64,000 bases of DNA from Carcharhinus longimanus (lineage: Eukaryota), in NCBI GenBank assembly GCA_030264375.1, contig JASCQW010000119.1, positions 7,926,026-7,990,025 of the forward strand, read 5' to 3'. Made by a program: the position numbers and the translations under genes. A model generated the notes under the pieces. It saw only the letters and a program-made list of their open reading frames with translations. It had not been told where the DNA came from and made no database searches. Positions 11,301 to 26,300 of the stretch are shown here, in pieces. The first letter of the stretch is position 1. Each line of letters starts with the position of its first letter.

Positions 11301-14300
11301 GTGTGTGGGAAAAAAAAAACTGGCATTCGGAGTTAAGGCATATCAGTAGGGATCCGATGAATTATTTTGATGAATTGGAGCAGTTGAATGATGTATCCTC
11401 TGCCCTCTTCCGAGGGTGCAATTGTTACTGTCGGAGGATACAATTGGTATTGGACACCGCTTCAAGCTGATATGCGGACATTTTAAGGTTTGTGAGAAGG
11501 GGAGGTTCTTCATACAGAAGTTGTTGGGTATCGGGAACGAGCCGCCAGGGGGTCTCGTCGAAGCAGGCACAATGTCATCACTGAAGAGATATATGAATGG
11601 GAGAATAAGGAGGATTTACACAGGGTAGGACCGATTAAGGGGAGAAGATGCATTTTTGTTGAGACATCATGATCAGCACATGCTTCGAGGGCCGAGGGGC
11701 ATGTTCCTGATCTGTGCATCCCTTTGTTCTTTGTTCTTTGATTTGAAATATTGATGGAGGCAAAGTTCCCATCATCTTCAGCAGATTTAGGGAAAATGTC
11801 TAGTCGGCACATTAGCAAGTAGCTTTATTTTAGAATGTATTGCCACTCCAGACACTGAGAGGAAGATTAGCAGAAATATGCACTTAATTCCAAATTTTAT
11901 AATCGACAGTCATAAGTTTGTATGAGTGATTTAGTTGTTGGTAGATCCGTTTATATTAATGATCTACAGGTAGGGACAGATGAAACATGGATATATTTGC
12001 AGATGACACAAAACAACTGGGAAAGCAGGATGTGCTGAGATGATAGTTAGATTACAAATGAATATGACAAGCTAAGGAATGGACCAGAATTTGCAGACGG
12101 AATTTAATGTGGATAAATGAGTAGGTAGGTGTTTTGGCTGGGTACATATAAAGAAATAAAAGCGTAAATTATTATTTCAGTGAGGAACGAGAAAAAGGAA
12201 ACAACGCCTGTGCAGAGGTATCTGGGTGCCCATTTTTGCATGAGTTATAGAAATGAGGTATGCATGTGCAGAATGTTAATAAGAAGGCGAATTTAATCTT
12301 AGTCTTTATTGCAAAGTGTTTCGATTGTACAGGTAGAAAAAAAAGAAAGCGTTAAACTGAGATAAAACGTGGGAGCGTACTTAGTGTATTCATGTATTCA
12401 TTTTTCGTCGGCTTCTTTGGGGGAGGATGCCACGATACTGGAGGCAGTTTAGAAGAGGTTTAACAGATTGATTCTAGGTTTGTACGGGCTATCGTATGAG
12501 GAATGGTTGAGCAGCTTGATGTTTTTACTCGCTCGTGTATACAAGGTTGAGGGGGACTTGGTTGAAGTACATAAATTGTTCCCTTTTTCAGTAGTCCAGG
12601 ATAAGAGGTCATTGTTGTCGTGCAACAAGTGGAACGATAAAGAGAAAGTTCAGGAGCAATTACCCATGGAAGGTTATGAACCTTTGAAACACACTCCACA
12701 GAGTGTAGCAATGGATACAGAAGAGTGATAAATGAATATTTGATCGAAAATCGGATAAAGTGGTTAGGGAAAATGCAGGGTAGTGGTTTTAGGATGAGGT
12801 GCAGATTAGCCATGATCATACAGAACGGTGGAGCGGGCGTGAATGGCTCACCTACCGATTCCTGCTCCTAATTCCTACGTTCATATGTTCATTTGTCATG
12901 GAACCGTTTGGCTTCAAAGTTCATATGACTATTGAAGTTTTACCGGAATTCATTTGGCAATTTTGCCAATTTCCAAATTTTAACAGAAAATAAATTAATA
13001 CTGAATATGCAAGGAATGAATCGTAATGACAGACGCCATTTGTCTTTATAACAGTGCATGTTTATCTTTGAAAATCGACCATTGAAATGACAAAGCACAT
13101 ATATAGTGTCCGGCTGCCTAAAATGAAGTCTACGATTAATATGTACGAACACTGCTATCTATTAGTCCTTTCGAATGGGGCTTTGGTTGGCAGCAAATGA
13201 GAAAAAAAAGCATTTGCACTATTCCCTATAATCAACATTTTGGACGACGTCTAAGGCACTACTGTGTGCATATGATTCAAATACAGGTAGAAATACAATC
13301 GTCTCCACTTTGCTAAATGCACATTTCGTTTCACACAAAGAATGTTCAATAGCATGATGTACAATGTATCGCAAGTTACTGGCAAACATGCTTAACATAA
13401 CAAATGCCTGTTGCTTGCCAAAAATGCAATTGCATTCTATGAACCACCGAAAACCTGCAAATTTGTATCGCGCAACATTTACAAGAAACAACTTTCCAAA
13501 CATACGGCATCTGCATTGGTGAATGCTCAAATTTAATAGAAAACTGGGGCTAGCTGTACTTTCAAGTGATACACCATGTTATTGGCGATGCTAAGTGCGA
13601 AATACGTTATCGTCCAGTTTGATGTGTGTAAAAAATAAATGTCCATCCATTCATATCGCAAGACACGTTTGTAAATATGTTAAGAAATTGCGCTGCAACA
13701 AAGCAAATTTCTGATCTCGACGACTGCCACAAAACAATTAATCGTTTTGATTACATTTGTATATATTCACTTTGTAGAAACGACTTATTATTGCTACAGT
13801 GCATTGTGAACATGTGTGCGTGTTTGAGTGTGTGCGTATGTTTCTGTGTGCACGCGTGCAAGCAGGCACTCTTGTGTGAATTTTTTTAAGTTAATGGAAA
13901 GGTGTTGGAGAGCGATATCTGATTTCTGGCGTATGGAAGTATTTCTTCTCACCAGCAACTCGTCAGAAGTTCAGGTGGAACATAATGTACTCTATCTGCA
14001 ATCAATATAACTGTAATTCAAACATAACTCGTAATGTCCTTCGTGACCAAGTAGAACATTAAAACATAAAGATATCTGCACAGATAAAACATCGAAACTA
14101 TAAATTACGGTTTTTTTTTCTCGCTTTTCAAATGCATGCGATGTTACACTCCTTACTTAACATAAGTAGCACCATATCAAATGAAGTTCAAATGTATTTA
14201 CTGTTGAACGTCTTTACTGATTATATGTTTACATTTCTCTGAACCAGGAGCAACGACTGTGCACAACGAACTAGGTAAGTGCATTTTTTTAACAATACAT

Positions 14301-17300
14301 TTCGTACTTATGAAGTTTGATGGAGAGGCTACTGAACACGGGATTGCAATTTCTTTCAATTCCCCTCCAAATTTCTGGAGGTTCAGCTTATCAGTGTAAA
14401 GCGAATGCAACTCAATTAAAAGCGAGTGTGTCATCTTAACGACGCATCAGTTACCAAAGTTGGGGGGGGGGGGGGGGTGCGGCGAAGAGAAATGAGACTT
14501 ACAACAATGAGTGGAGGGAACTGCGTGGCGAGCTGCGAAACTTAATTAACGTGAAGGGAAGTCAAATTATGTACGAAAAAATGTGTAAAACGTGAAACAT
14601 TGAGATCATTATTACGTCCAGGGGAAAAAAAGAAGAGCTGACAAAAATATGATCCAGAGTTTTTTTTTGTCAAACTGAACGCTGCTATCACCCATTTTAC
14701 ACAAATATAACACACATGCGAAGCTGGCCAAATTATATCTCACAATATTGAATATTTTAACAGCCGGGGGTTGTTCGGCGGTGAAACATAACTGCTGAGT
14801 ACATCCGGCAAAATATTGAGAGTGTTTTGTAAACTTGACAATGATTGTCTCATGCTTAGTCAACTGCTCAGAACACGGTGACACAGTGGTTAGCACTGCT
14901 GCCTCACAGCGCCAGGGACGGCGTTGTATTCCTGGTTTGGTCACTGTCTGTGTCGAGTTTGCACATTCTCCCCCTAATGTTCCTCCGGGTGCTCTTGTTT
15001 CCTCCCAAAGCCCAACGATGTGCGGTCTAGATGGATTGACTATACTAAATTACTGCCAGACGGACGAGCTATATTAAATGCATGGGGTTACCGGATAGGG
15101 CCTGGGCGTGATTCTGATCAGTGCAGAATCGATGGGCTCAATGATCCTCTTCAGCACTCTATGATTCTGCGATTCTGTGAACAGCACTGGTGGGAACACG
15201 GATTAGTTAGAAAGTTTGTCATTCCGAGAAAAAAAAACAAGGCATTTCGCTTGGAAAATCCGAAGAACCTATTCCTGCCCAACGTTTTATCAGAAGATGC
15301 TGAAATGAAAGTCTTTTTTTTAAGTCAAAGATGAATAACAAATTCGAGCGTAGGCAGATCGAACATTTAAGCCGTCTCTGACTTTTATCATTATCATGTA
15401 CATAAAAATTGAACTGTATGCCTTTGGCCCTAGCCATGTCGACATTCTTCTTGGAAACATTTGATTATTTGTCCACGCCTGATGTCTCCGATGGAGAATT
15501 CCTCAGACTCAGCCCTGAGTTCATCTGAGTCCTAAATCGTCGATCGTGCATTTTAAATCTGTGTTCCCTGGTTCGTGTTTCCGCGCCATCGAAACATATT
15601 TATTTCACAAAGCCCCTCCACTGTTACTGGAACTTCATAATTTTCTACCGTATTCCCCTTCCTTCCCCGCATTATGAAAATAGCAGAGAATATAACTCGA
15701 GCCAGCGAAAACTCTTCTCAAATGTCATTTCTGCCATCCCAGATTTCAAACCCGTAATACCAATTCCCACTCCTTCCAATGTAACCGATCCTTTTCAGAC
15801 AGTGGGATGAAAGCTTCAAAGAATATTGCAGATCTGGTGTCACGAAGCCTGAGTATGTATTCAGCCTGGTTACAGGGCATTATGATATACGGAGAGACAC
15901 AAATGAGTTATAAATCACTTGTTGAAGAAAATATTCGCTGTTTGAAAGGGTAACTTCAAATATTAACAAACGTAATTATCATCACGTGAAAACAATAATC
16001 CCAAATTGGATATGCTAATTTATTTGTTCATCGAAAATATTCAACCGTTCCGCTAATTGCACTGAACCCATGAAACGGGTATTTCGCTAATGTCTGCACA
16101 GCGATGAAATATCCGCCTTAAATTGACCTAATATGCACTAGCAATGATCGATGCGAAAAAAAAAATGCAGACCTTGAAAGCTTCCCTGAGGGTGAAATTT
16201 TCATACTCTACATTCGAGTCAGGAGTGGCCATTAATCAAAGGCATATCCACACGCCAAGTGTACACAATGGCGTCAAAACGTTTCGGGTATTGGGGTTTT
16301 CGGAGGAGATTACCTGAGACAAAAAGACACCAGCGAAAGATGCAAGTGAATTTTCTGATTCAAAATATTTGAATTTTCATCATGGTTATCCGGCCAACAG
16401 TACTCATTGAAACATATCGGGCAAGTCAAAGCAAACATACAAGACACATTATAAAACTTTTTTTTCCAAATTTGTTGCTCGAGCTCAAGCTTTCAAAAGA
16501 AGATTTAAGCAACAGCGTGCAACATGCCCCCTGCACACCTGAAATGACATGCAACGCCGATACCATTTAGAAACGGAACGTATCTGACAGCAGACGGACC
16601 ACTCACTGAGACCAAACGGTGAAATTCACTGGCCATAAACATTACCTACGTCAGCCACAACAAAGGTTCCATTCATTCAAACAGAACAAATGATCTTTCT
16701 GTTCTGATGTTGAGCACTGGCGTTTATCTTCTCATTTTGACTAAAATGAAATTATCAAGTAAATGGAAAGAAATTTTAGAACTGTGATGTGCTGTAGCAG
16801 ACTGCAGAAAAATTGTGTTAATGAAGATGAAACGATTTCTAATCGAGTGTGGAGGTTTTAATTGCTTAACCAATACTTAACACATTTCTGCCATCTCTTC
16901 GTTCATACTTCAACATAAAATCCTGTTGTTTGGTATTTATGGAGGAAAAAAAATGATGGTTTCATTTTCAAAAGAGCTGATGCCATCTAATAATGCACTT
17001 AAGTCCATTATCACGAAAGCACATAAAACAAAAGCGTGCACATTTTTGTTTTCAAGTTGGTTTTCATGTAATTATGATAGAACATTGCATTATTGCATGG
17101 AACGATTTAGTTCTGCACAGAAATTTACTTGGGGTGTGGGCGTTGCTGCCTCACCAGCATTTCTTGCCCATCTCGAGGGCAGTTGAGAGTTAGCGACATT
17201 AGGGTGGCTCGGGAGTCACATATGGGCCAGGCCAGATAAGGATGGCAGATTTCCTTCTCTAAAATGAATTAATGAACCAGACCGGGGTTTCTGGCAATGA

Positions 17301-20300
17301 TCTCATCTGTAGATACTTAATTTCAGGTATTAATTCATTGAGTTAAAATTCACCACCTGCTGCGGTGGGATTCGAACCCGAATCCCCAGAACACTTGCCG
17401 AGTTCCTGAATTAATAGTCCAGCGATAATACTGTCAGGCCATTGCTTCCCCGTAAAGATACTAGTTAAATTAGGAACATTCCGATGAAGCCTTCCCTCCC
17501 AATTATCAAGGAAACGCTGAGGACGAAAGGAAGAACCCGGAGTGCAGCCGCCATGGTGCAGAAATAAATTATTCCACTTTTCAAGAGTGCATGCAGCAAC
17601 AACGGAAAGGTTCGATTGACAATCAGTTCATCGTTAATGTCATAAACAGTTGATGCAAAGGTATGAAGAATCGCTTTATAGTTATTTCCACTGATGTTTT
17701 ATTAATATTTTAAGATAAATGTGAACAACTTCTGCAAGACCTCAGTAAGTGTGACAATTTCTTCGTTAGGAAGAACATTAGTCTCATTCAGCTGTACAAT
17801 TAATGAAATAGAATGTTAACCGTTCTTATGTCATCTTCGTTGATTTCCTTAAGATAATAATTCATGTTATTNNNNNNNNNNNNNNNNNNNNNNNNNNNNN
17901 NNNNNNNNNNNNNNNNNNNNNNNNNNNNNNNNNNNNNNNNNNNNNNNNNNNNNNNNNNNNNNNNNNNNNNNNNNNNNNNNNNNNNNNNNNNNNNNNNNNN
18001 NNNNNNNNNNNNNNNNNNNNTTACGTAATAACTCACCGGAGAGACATGTTTAACATTTCGACATGAGCCTGGAACCACGCCTATTTCTGTTCAATTCCAT
18101 ACCAAATCCTTGCATACTATGCTTAATTTTCTGCTGTAACACCCTGCGGACCCGAGCATTGCAATACCCTGACGATGTTGTACAATAGATCACGAATTTT
18201 GTGAAGTATTGTATTGTAATTAAAACAAAGAAAAACATCTCAACGTGCTCGAATGATTGCCTCAGCACTTACAGCGCCATTCAAGTTCGAAAATAGCTCT
18301 GCTGCTCCTTGTCTTTTCATCAAGCACTCAATTAAGAAATGTGAAGCCCGCTTTATTTTCGTTCTTCTTTTTTCGGCCTTTTCCACCCTGTCGCAGTTTT
18401 GTTTTTCTTTTACCAAAGCGACTTACCTTGCGTTCTTTGTCCATAATCCCCATTATTTGGATGTCTGAGTAACGTGTGATATCAAAAATGTGAATTATCT
18501 GACTGCTTTTTTGTGTCGATCCGATTGACATTCGACTCTACAATATAGCACGGAACGTCCATTTAAAGTCACATACAGTCCCATAAGTATTCCAAACATG
18601 ATTACTTTGACAGCTGACATTCCAATGTTACAGGTGTTCCAAGCTGCAGCCCTGCGTTCCTTTGAAGGAAGTGGTTATATTTCCCTGTGTAGCACTCAAG
18701 TCTGTCGGGCAAATTCTTGAAATTTTCCCTCTAATGTGTTCACTGCAGCAATTTGGTTCACAACGCAGCAACTTGTTGAAACAGTTATCCTACTTCGTTC
18801 AGATAGGAAGACAGAACCCGACTGTTTTAACAGTTGGATGTGAATAAACGAATGACATTTTTCATTAGAGGCCAGATTGCTTCTAATATTCAGCGGTCAA
18901 TTACTATACTAATAAACTTGATGCAAAAAAAAGAAATGATATTTAAATATGACACGGTTTAATTCAACTGGCCAGCCATTCTCTCCAAATTATTTAACTT
19001 CATAATGTGCAGCGAATAGTTGTAAAGACAAGAGTATCAACTTTATTTCCTCAATAAAAAAAAACAAGTTATTTGTTTTACTTTACGTATTTCATTGAAT
19101 GCAATGCTACGTGTATTTTCAAATAGTGAACCAACATATGACCCTGACACAAGGTAAGTACAGTTACTCATTACATTTCTTAAGAAAATGTTTTTATCAT
19201 TAGATCATACAAATCCGATCCCAACGTCATCATTTTGTTCATTTAATCCCGATCTTACTTCCCTTCAGTTCTGTCGAAGGTCGAGAGGAGAGAAGCAGAT
19301 GAACGACGAGGATGTTACACTTGCCGTGGATCACATGCAATTACGGTGTCTGGGTGTTTCCCATAATTCATAATTAAGCTAAAAAAAAACATATTTTCTC
19401 CCCGTTACTCAGCCTTCCTTCATCGAAATCTGACCATCGCTGTGATTTATTAGAGTGCAAAAGAAGCACCAATAACTCGACCCCGGTGCTCGACTCCATT
19501 ACAACGCGGACGGAGACCAGAATTCATCCTTCCCCCATCCCACGAACCTGCCATTATCACAACCGGTATCGGACCTGGATTTCCACACTTTTTCTCTTTG
19601 TTTTTCCCCTATGTCCCCAGCTCTTCTTCCGACCACATCGGCTAGCACTAAATGTTCCTCATTCAACGGCCCACGAAGCTTTGACGTGCGACCTTCCTGC
19701 CACAGAGCTTAACTACAAACATCCCTCGATTCTTCGCATCGCTTATCTTCCATGAAAAGCGTGGAACTCAAACACCCAAAACAACCACTCCCTCGTTATC
19801 TGATGATTAAAAGCATCAGTCCAGTTTGCCCACCGGCGATGCCCAACAAACATGATGTCATACCTCTCTACATTATATCCAAACATTTTGACTGTTAACT
19901 TCGTATAAGTCTGTCGTTGCTCATTCCGCATTTGAACACAATTTACAGAAAACTGCTCCAATTAAACTGCGGCTTGCTTTTCTTCTCTACTATCCCTTTC
20001 GAACTGCATTTCCGATCCACGGAAGCAATGGGTTCCCGGGATCTCTGCAGTCCTAGTCTCAATGCTTGGCAATTCATTTCGCAACGATTTGCCAGGCTGG
20101 GACGCATACAATTTGATAAGGCTGAGTTGGAACTGAATGCACATCCGACACTGCATTCGACTTTTTTTTTACTTTCTTGCCCTGAACACCAAAAGATGAG
20201 ATGTTGCTACAGTTAACAAATTGTGGTCTTCATCATATTTTTCCATACCAGCATATTGATCCATAAGTTTCCTTCGAGTTTCTTTGGCCAACTTTGGTTC

Positions 20301-23300
20301 TGAAACAGTATTTCTTGACGTTTTCATTGGAGGAAGCCAGTCACAGCTGAAGTAAAAACAAATGCAGACGGGCACGGCATATTTTACATGACACAAGTAC
20401 AGCAAAATTCAGCAGACTTGCAGGCTTGCGGACGTGGTTTTTTTTCACTCATAGTAATGGCAATCCGTGCTGCGAATGTTTGCTGGACTGATGCCCTCCA
20501 CTATTATGAGTAGTGAGAATGATGCTTTTCGATTAAAATAATAATTTCCACACATTTCAATATTGTTCAAAACAATTGTTGTTAGCCTCTCCGAAGATCC
20601 GCCGGTAAAAATCGAGGTATACACGGTTATCTGTCTGGCTTTAAAGTTTGCTGAATATTTTCAACTTCAGAAAATAGCCGACTGCAAGATGAACTAAATA
20701 ATGCGGGTATGAAAACTGTTCAATGCATATAAATTTGTTTGTACTTAAGTAAGCAAGTGAGTTTCAGGCCAGCTGAAGGTTGTGTTGAAAGTAATCCCAT
20801 TCAACAATAGATCTAATGGAATATTAATCATGAAGTGCAATGGTTTTTAAATGTATTTTTTTTTTGATGGAAAATGGAACAATGACTACCAACGCCCGCT
20901 GTCTCTACAATACCATCCGACAATCTATTTTATGTTCGCCAATTCTCAGCTGTTTATATCGCTAGAACATTTCATCTTATGTCAGAGAAGAATAAATACA
21001 TGCATTTGTGAATTCTCTTGCACGAAATAGCCACCAATACAGACCCATTCTCTACGTTAATTCGATACTTGAAAGTAAGGTAATCGTTTTGTTTTACTGA
21101 TACACTTACACAATTGAAAACATAATTTTGCCTGATATCGAGCATGCGAAGATGAAAATTGTCGCAATGGGTAATGACTGCTTAATCTGAATACCCCACC
21201 ATTTATGCGTGGCTGAAAGGGCACATTAATTTTCGAGTTTCGGAACAACTTCCCGCCAGGAACGCACCATGCAAATTTTTCGGCAGGCAGAGGCATCTTT
21301 TGTTTTAGTGTCCAATGCCGTGTTCTGGTAGAGTTCTCGATTGAGAAAAAAAAAGTTAACAGATCCACAGCAGAACTTTCATCCCAAAGAAAATTTCAAA
21401 CGTGTTGCCATTGAATGTGAGTTCTACCAAATACTGAGAAACGCAAATATGCGGAAGTTGATGTGCAATGCACGAACTATTTTACACGTCACTGCTGAGC
21501 ACAGAATTGGAATGGGCATGAACTGATGCAATATCTCTGGGTGGTAATGATAAAAATAATATAGGTTGTGGCATCAAGCTTTTTGCCGGTAGCTGCATCC
21601 CCGTGCAATTAAGAAGCACTGGCAATTCAGAAAGCAATACTAATTTTTAATTGCAGAATTAGTATGGGATTTTTAAATGTGCGCTTGCAAATACAATGTC
21701 TGCAATTTTCTGTATGAGAACGCCGGTTATATTTTGGTAAATCGGAAACAATTGTCAACACAAATTTCTATAACAGCCATGTTGAATGGCCTTGAGATGG
21801 TTACAATATTGTCTGTGTTCAGCAGCAATTAAGTTTGTTTCATAAATAAAAATTGTTTGAAATTTTCCTCTGAACCTATGAGACGATTTCAGACATTTCA
21901 CTTTTTTTCTGTTTCGCCTAAAATTGGGCCTAATATCCTGAAATAAATAATTGTTCTTGTTTATTTTATTTTTAGCTCGGAGAGGCTGCGTTGTGGTGGA
22001 AAATGCCTAATTATGTATTGTCACTTTTCTCTTCCAGAATATGAACGTAAAACATTGAAACAGGGTAATCAGAACAATGTGGACATACCATCAATGGTGT
22101 CAATATTGTAACACGTACTGTGACCCTTTTCAATTCATCGAATATTGAAATTTCTAAATGTCTTTAGTATAGCACAGTTCAAACATGTGCATGCAAAAGC
22201 ATAAGCAAAATGCAATTCGTCGGGATGTTGCCTGGCAAATTAAGCGTTAACTGAAGGAATACATGAAGTGAAAACAGTAATCCTTAGATCGTCTGAATGC
22301 GTGTTCTGATTAGCGTGCAATATTGTTCTTTACTTTAATGTCAACTTGAAGTTTCAAGGAGTGTTAACCACTGACATATATGCTGCCGACCGATTATTCC
22401 TGCAGCCTCAATGAGTTCCAAGTCTGATTCAACATAATTAAGTGGCTTCCCGATTACGTCTAGTTTCTTTAATTAATCAATCTTCACATATGTCATAACA
22501 TTTGGAATCACACTAAACTCATAACAGGCCGAAGGTTATTTTTTTTTGTTCTGTGCTGTACATAAGAACATAAGAATATAGGAAATAGGAGCAGGAGTAG
22601 GCCATCTAGTCCCTCGAGCCTGCCCCGCCATTCAATAAGATCATGGCTGATCTGATAGTGGTTNNNNNNNNNNNNNNNNNNNNNNNNNNNNNNNNNNNNN
22701 NNNNNNNNNNNNNNNNNNNNNNNNNNNNNNNNNNNNNNNTCCACCGTGTCAATGGGCAGAAAATTCCAAAGATTCACTACTCTCTGAGAGAAGAAGTTCC
22801 TCCTCAACTCTGTTCTAAATTGACTCCCCCTTATTTGAGACTGTGCCCTCCAGTTCTTGTTTCCATTCTAAGTGGGAATAATCTCTCTGCTGCTACCCTG
22901 TTTAGCCACTTCATTATCGTATATGTTTCTATTAGATTCCCCCCCCCACCTCCAACCTTCTAAACTCCCACGAGTACAGGCCTAGTCTAAGCAATATCTC
23001 CTCACAAGCTAACCCTATCATCTCCGGAATCAACCTGCTGAACTTTCTCTGCAATCCCTCCAAAGCTAAACTATCCTTTCTCAAAGAAGGGGACCAAAAT
23101 TGCACAGTACTCTAGGTGCGGCCTCACCAGCACCCTGTACAATTGCAGCAAGATCTCTCTGCTTTTATACTCTGTCCCTGTCGCGATAAAGGTCAACATT
23201 CCATTTGCCTTCTTGATCACATGCTGCACCTGCAAACAGACAGTTTGTCCTTCATGCTCAAGGACCCCCGAGTCCCTCTGCATAGTAGCATTTTGAAATT

Positions 23301-26300
23301 TTTCACCATTTAAATAATAAACCATTTTACCTGTTATTCCTTCCAAAGTGGATAACCTCACACTTGCCACCGTTGTACTCCCTCTGCCAGGTCCTTGGCC
23401 ACTCACTTAGCCTATCTCACTCTCTCTGCAGACTTTCCGTGTTCTCCTCGCAATTTGCTTTCCCATTCATCTGTGTGTCATCCGCAAACTTTGTTACCCT
23501 ACACTCGGTCCCCTCCTCCAGATCGTCTATGTATATGCTAAATTGTTGAGGCCCAGGCACCGATCCCTGCAGCACGCCACTAGTCGCCAACTGCCAACCG
23601 GAAAAAAAGCTGCCATTTATTCTAACAATCTGTTTTTTTGTTAGATAGCCAATCCTTAGTCCGCGCTAAGACTTTACCCCCAACTCTGTGTAACTTAACC
23701 TTAAGCAGCAACCTTTTGTGAGACACCTTATCAAAACTTGTTGGGCAGGGGCACTGGCTTGGGGATGCGATATGTAAACGAGATGGAGAAGGTGATTTGT
23801 GAATTGGAAGGCCAGCAGTAGGAAAGAAAAACTGATAAAGACAAATTGGTGAGATTAAAGAAAGAAAATAAATAAGGTAAATTACGATGGGGTGACCTCA
23901 ATTTCCTGAATAATGCGTTCTCCACGGAATGTCTTAAATTCGAGAGAAGTAGAGGAATGGGTTACGCCTGCTGTACATTTCTATTCTCTGGCTATGACAC
24001 GAAGTTACCATCAAACGGTCAAGAATACATGTTGTCACTTACTTTGATTTGCACTTTACACTGCAACATTGATATTGTTGTGCTTATTGGACATTACCTG
24101 AAATACGGTTGTGCCTTAACGGTATTCTTTCCACAATGCATACATTCATGGATCTTTACAAATAAGCTGTGCTAAATTCATTTGTATTCCAAACAGTGTT
24201 GATCCCAATTATTGTTACAGTTTTCAATACACACGGCTTGATTTAATCTAAGTTTAATTTTTAACTTCAGGTTTTTAGCCACGATATTTCTGATTTTCAT
24301 GATTATGCTTCCCTGTTGGTTACAAAATTTATGGAACTTATAACATTCATGAGCTAATGCTGAGTCAATGGTTGGCATTGTAATATTAAAAACAACAAAT
24401 ATATGTTTGCCATGCAAGAGTGAAATGATGCATCAATATTGCCTGTTTTTTTTTCCCCAGAAATAAAAGGCTTGAAAAGTGAAATACCACAGCTAGGTCA
24501 GTAGAAAAAAATACAACAGGAACACTATTTGTGTCCAAATAGATTTTTTTGGCTCTGATAGGAATCAATGAATTTGATTTGCTCCAATAATTCATATATT
24601 TCTACTGAATACACACTATCCAAGTTCTGATGTCTGGAACAAAGGAACGTGTAAGCTTCTCAGCTGCAGTCTTTTATGACGCAGTACACACGCCGCTTTG
24701 GCGATAACAGAATTATTTCGAATGTGCTCGCTGGAAAATCAATTGATTGCTTCGCTTAACTTTACACTGACTTACGAAGAAACCAGGGAAGCATATGCAA
24801 TCATCTTTGAGCTTTAGGAAGGAGCATTTCCTTCCATAAATAGGGTTGTTCGTCGATCAGGACGTGGTTTTAAACAAATGTATCTGCTCCTTTGAGCGAG
24901 TGCGGGAGCACTAGCACACGTTCTTTTCCCTGAGCCAATAAAGCGTTGCATTCTGCAGTGCAATGGCGGAAAAAAAAATCTTTTGAGACTGATTGAAACA
25001 GAAATTACGTTCAGGAACTTCAAATGTGCATTCGAAATGACGCCCTGTAGCGTTAGATGGTAGAAACGCTTCCGAGTGTGATGGACATTCATTAGATGAC
25101 CTCATGAATTTCGAAGGAATGCACTGTAATGAACTGAAAAAAAAAATCATGGAGCGGATAATTATTTAATACCCATCACCTGGCAAACGAGGGTTAATTA
25201 TCCGAATGACCCGTGGATTGTATTTATTGATATCTCTTCTCTCCCACAACATGTCCTTCGCACTTTTGATTAGTTGGAAGAAATGCTGCCTCAGAGCGAC
25301 AGGTTCCTGGGCTGATTCTGATCTGTGATGAATTAAGTGAAAATTGCACGTTCTCCATATGTGCGTGTCTTTGCTCCGCGTGCGTCGATATTCTTCCGCA
25401 GTCTAAAGTTGTTTGGTTATGCCTGTTGGTATATTTACGTGGATAGGTGTCGCATAGGCCTGATACGATATTCTGTTTGGATTTTCGTTGCAGACCCGAT
25501 TGGACGAATAACCTCTGTCTGGAAATAGGGGTTCTGTAACGCAACGATTAGCATTGCAGTGTGTGTGATGTAGAGGTCGCAGCAAGAAAAGAAAACACCA
25601 CAAGCGTGAAGTTCAACGTGTTGGTGATGCCATACATGGGCGGGAATCTCTGACTGTGCTTACCTAAAACTCGGAGATCCCCGCCCGACGTCAAATGACA
25701 TTTACTTGGTGCCACCCCTTCACCCACTCGCCCAATCGATAGAATTCCAGTGGTGCGTAAAATGGGAGAAATTTGTCAATATAATCCAAGTTTTATGATT
25801 GTTTAAATATTTGTTTCATTTAATCTGACCAAACCGTCGCCTTCAATGTAACAAATATCAGAAATGATGCTCCAATTCAACCATGAAATATTTAGCAAAG
25901 TTTGTGGAAATGCTTTCCATTACTCAGGAAGCTAACATGATCAACAAGCCTTTGTATATTCATTCTAATTGTTCTATTATTTGATTGAATAGAACAACTG
26001 CTGCAAAAGAAAGAACAAGGTAATTAACATGACGAAAATGCAGTGCACAACTGTGGAAAGTGTGTTGTGTGTTTTCTGCTGTATGAAGACTTGCGTTTAG
26101 CATTATTAGATAACCATTTCATTTCTAACATATCGATGGTGTTTCCCCATCCGCGTCCGCGACTTTTCTTGCGGGTCCGGCCGGCTGCGGCCTTGAAGAG
26201 GGATCTGCGCTAGCACCGGTTCCCGGTCCTCATCTCTCAGAGCCGGCGAGCAGTTGCCCGCCAGACCCGGCAGGAATCCGATTGAACAACAGCGAAGTTT

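Larger units (their letters stand above)
8300..11490 (+). repeat. ~1.43-kb tandem repeat (about 2.2 units), each unit carrying one 30-nt exon and CR1-derived sequence
   Basis: gcctggtgagtg(g/a)ctgga-attctgtatca recurs at 8325, 9761, 11184; ORFs 9222 and 10646 are near-paralogous. Confidence 0.92.

Noticed and set aside
16315-16383. Minus-strand leader-like exon ending cag|gtaat
   Set aside because: The ATG frame hits TGA after 7 codons, and no partner exons were found.
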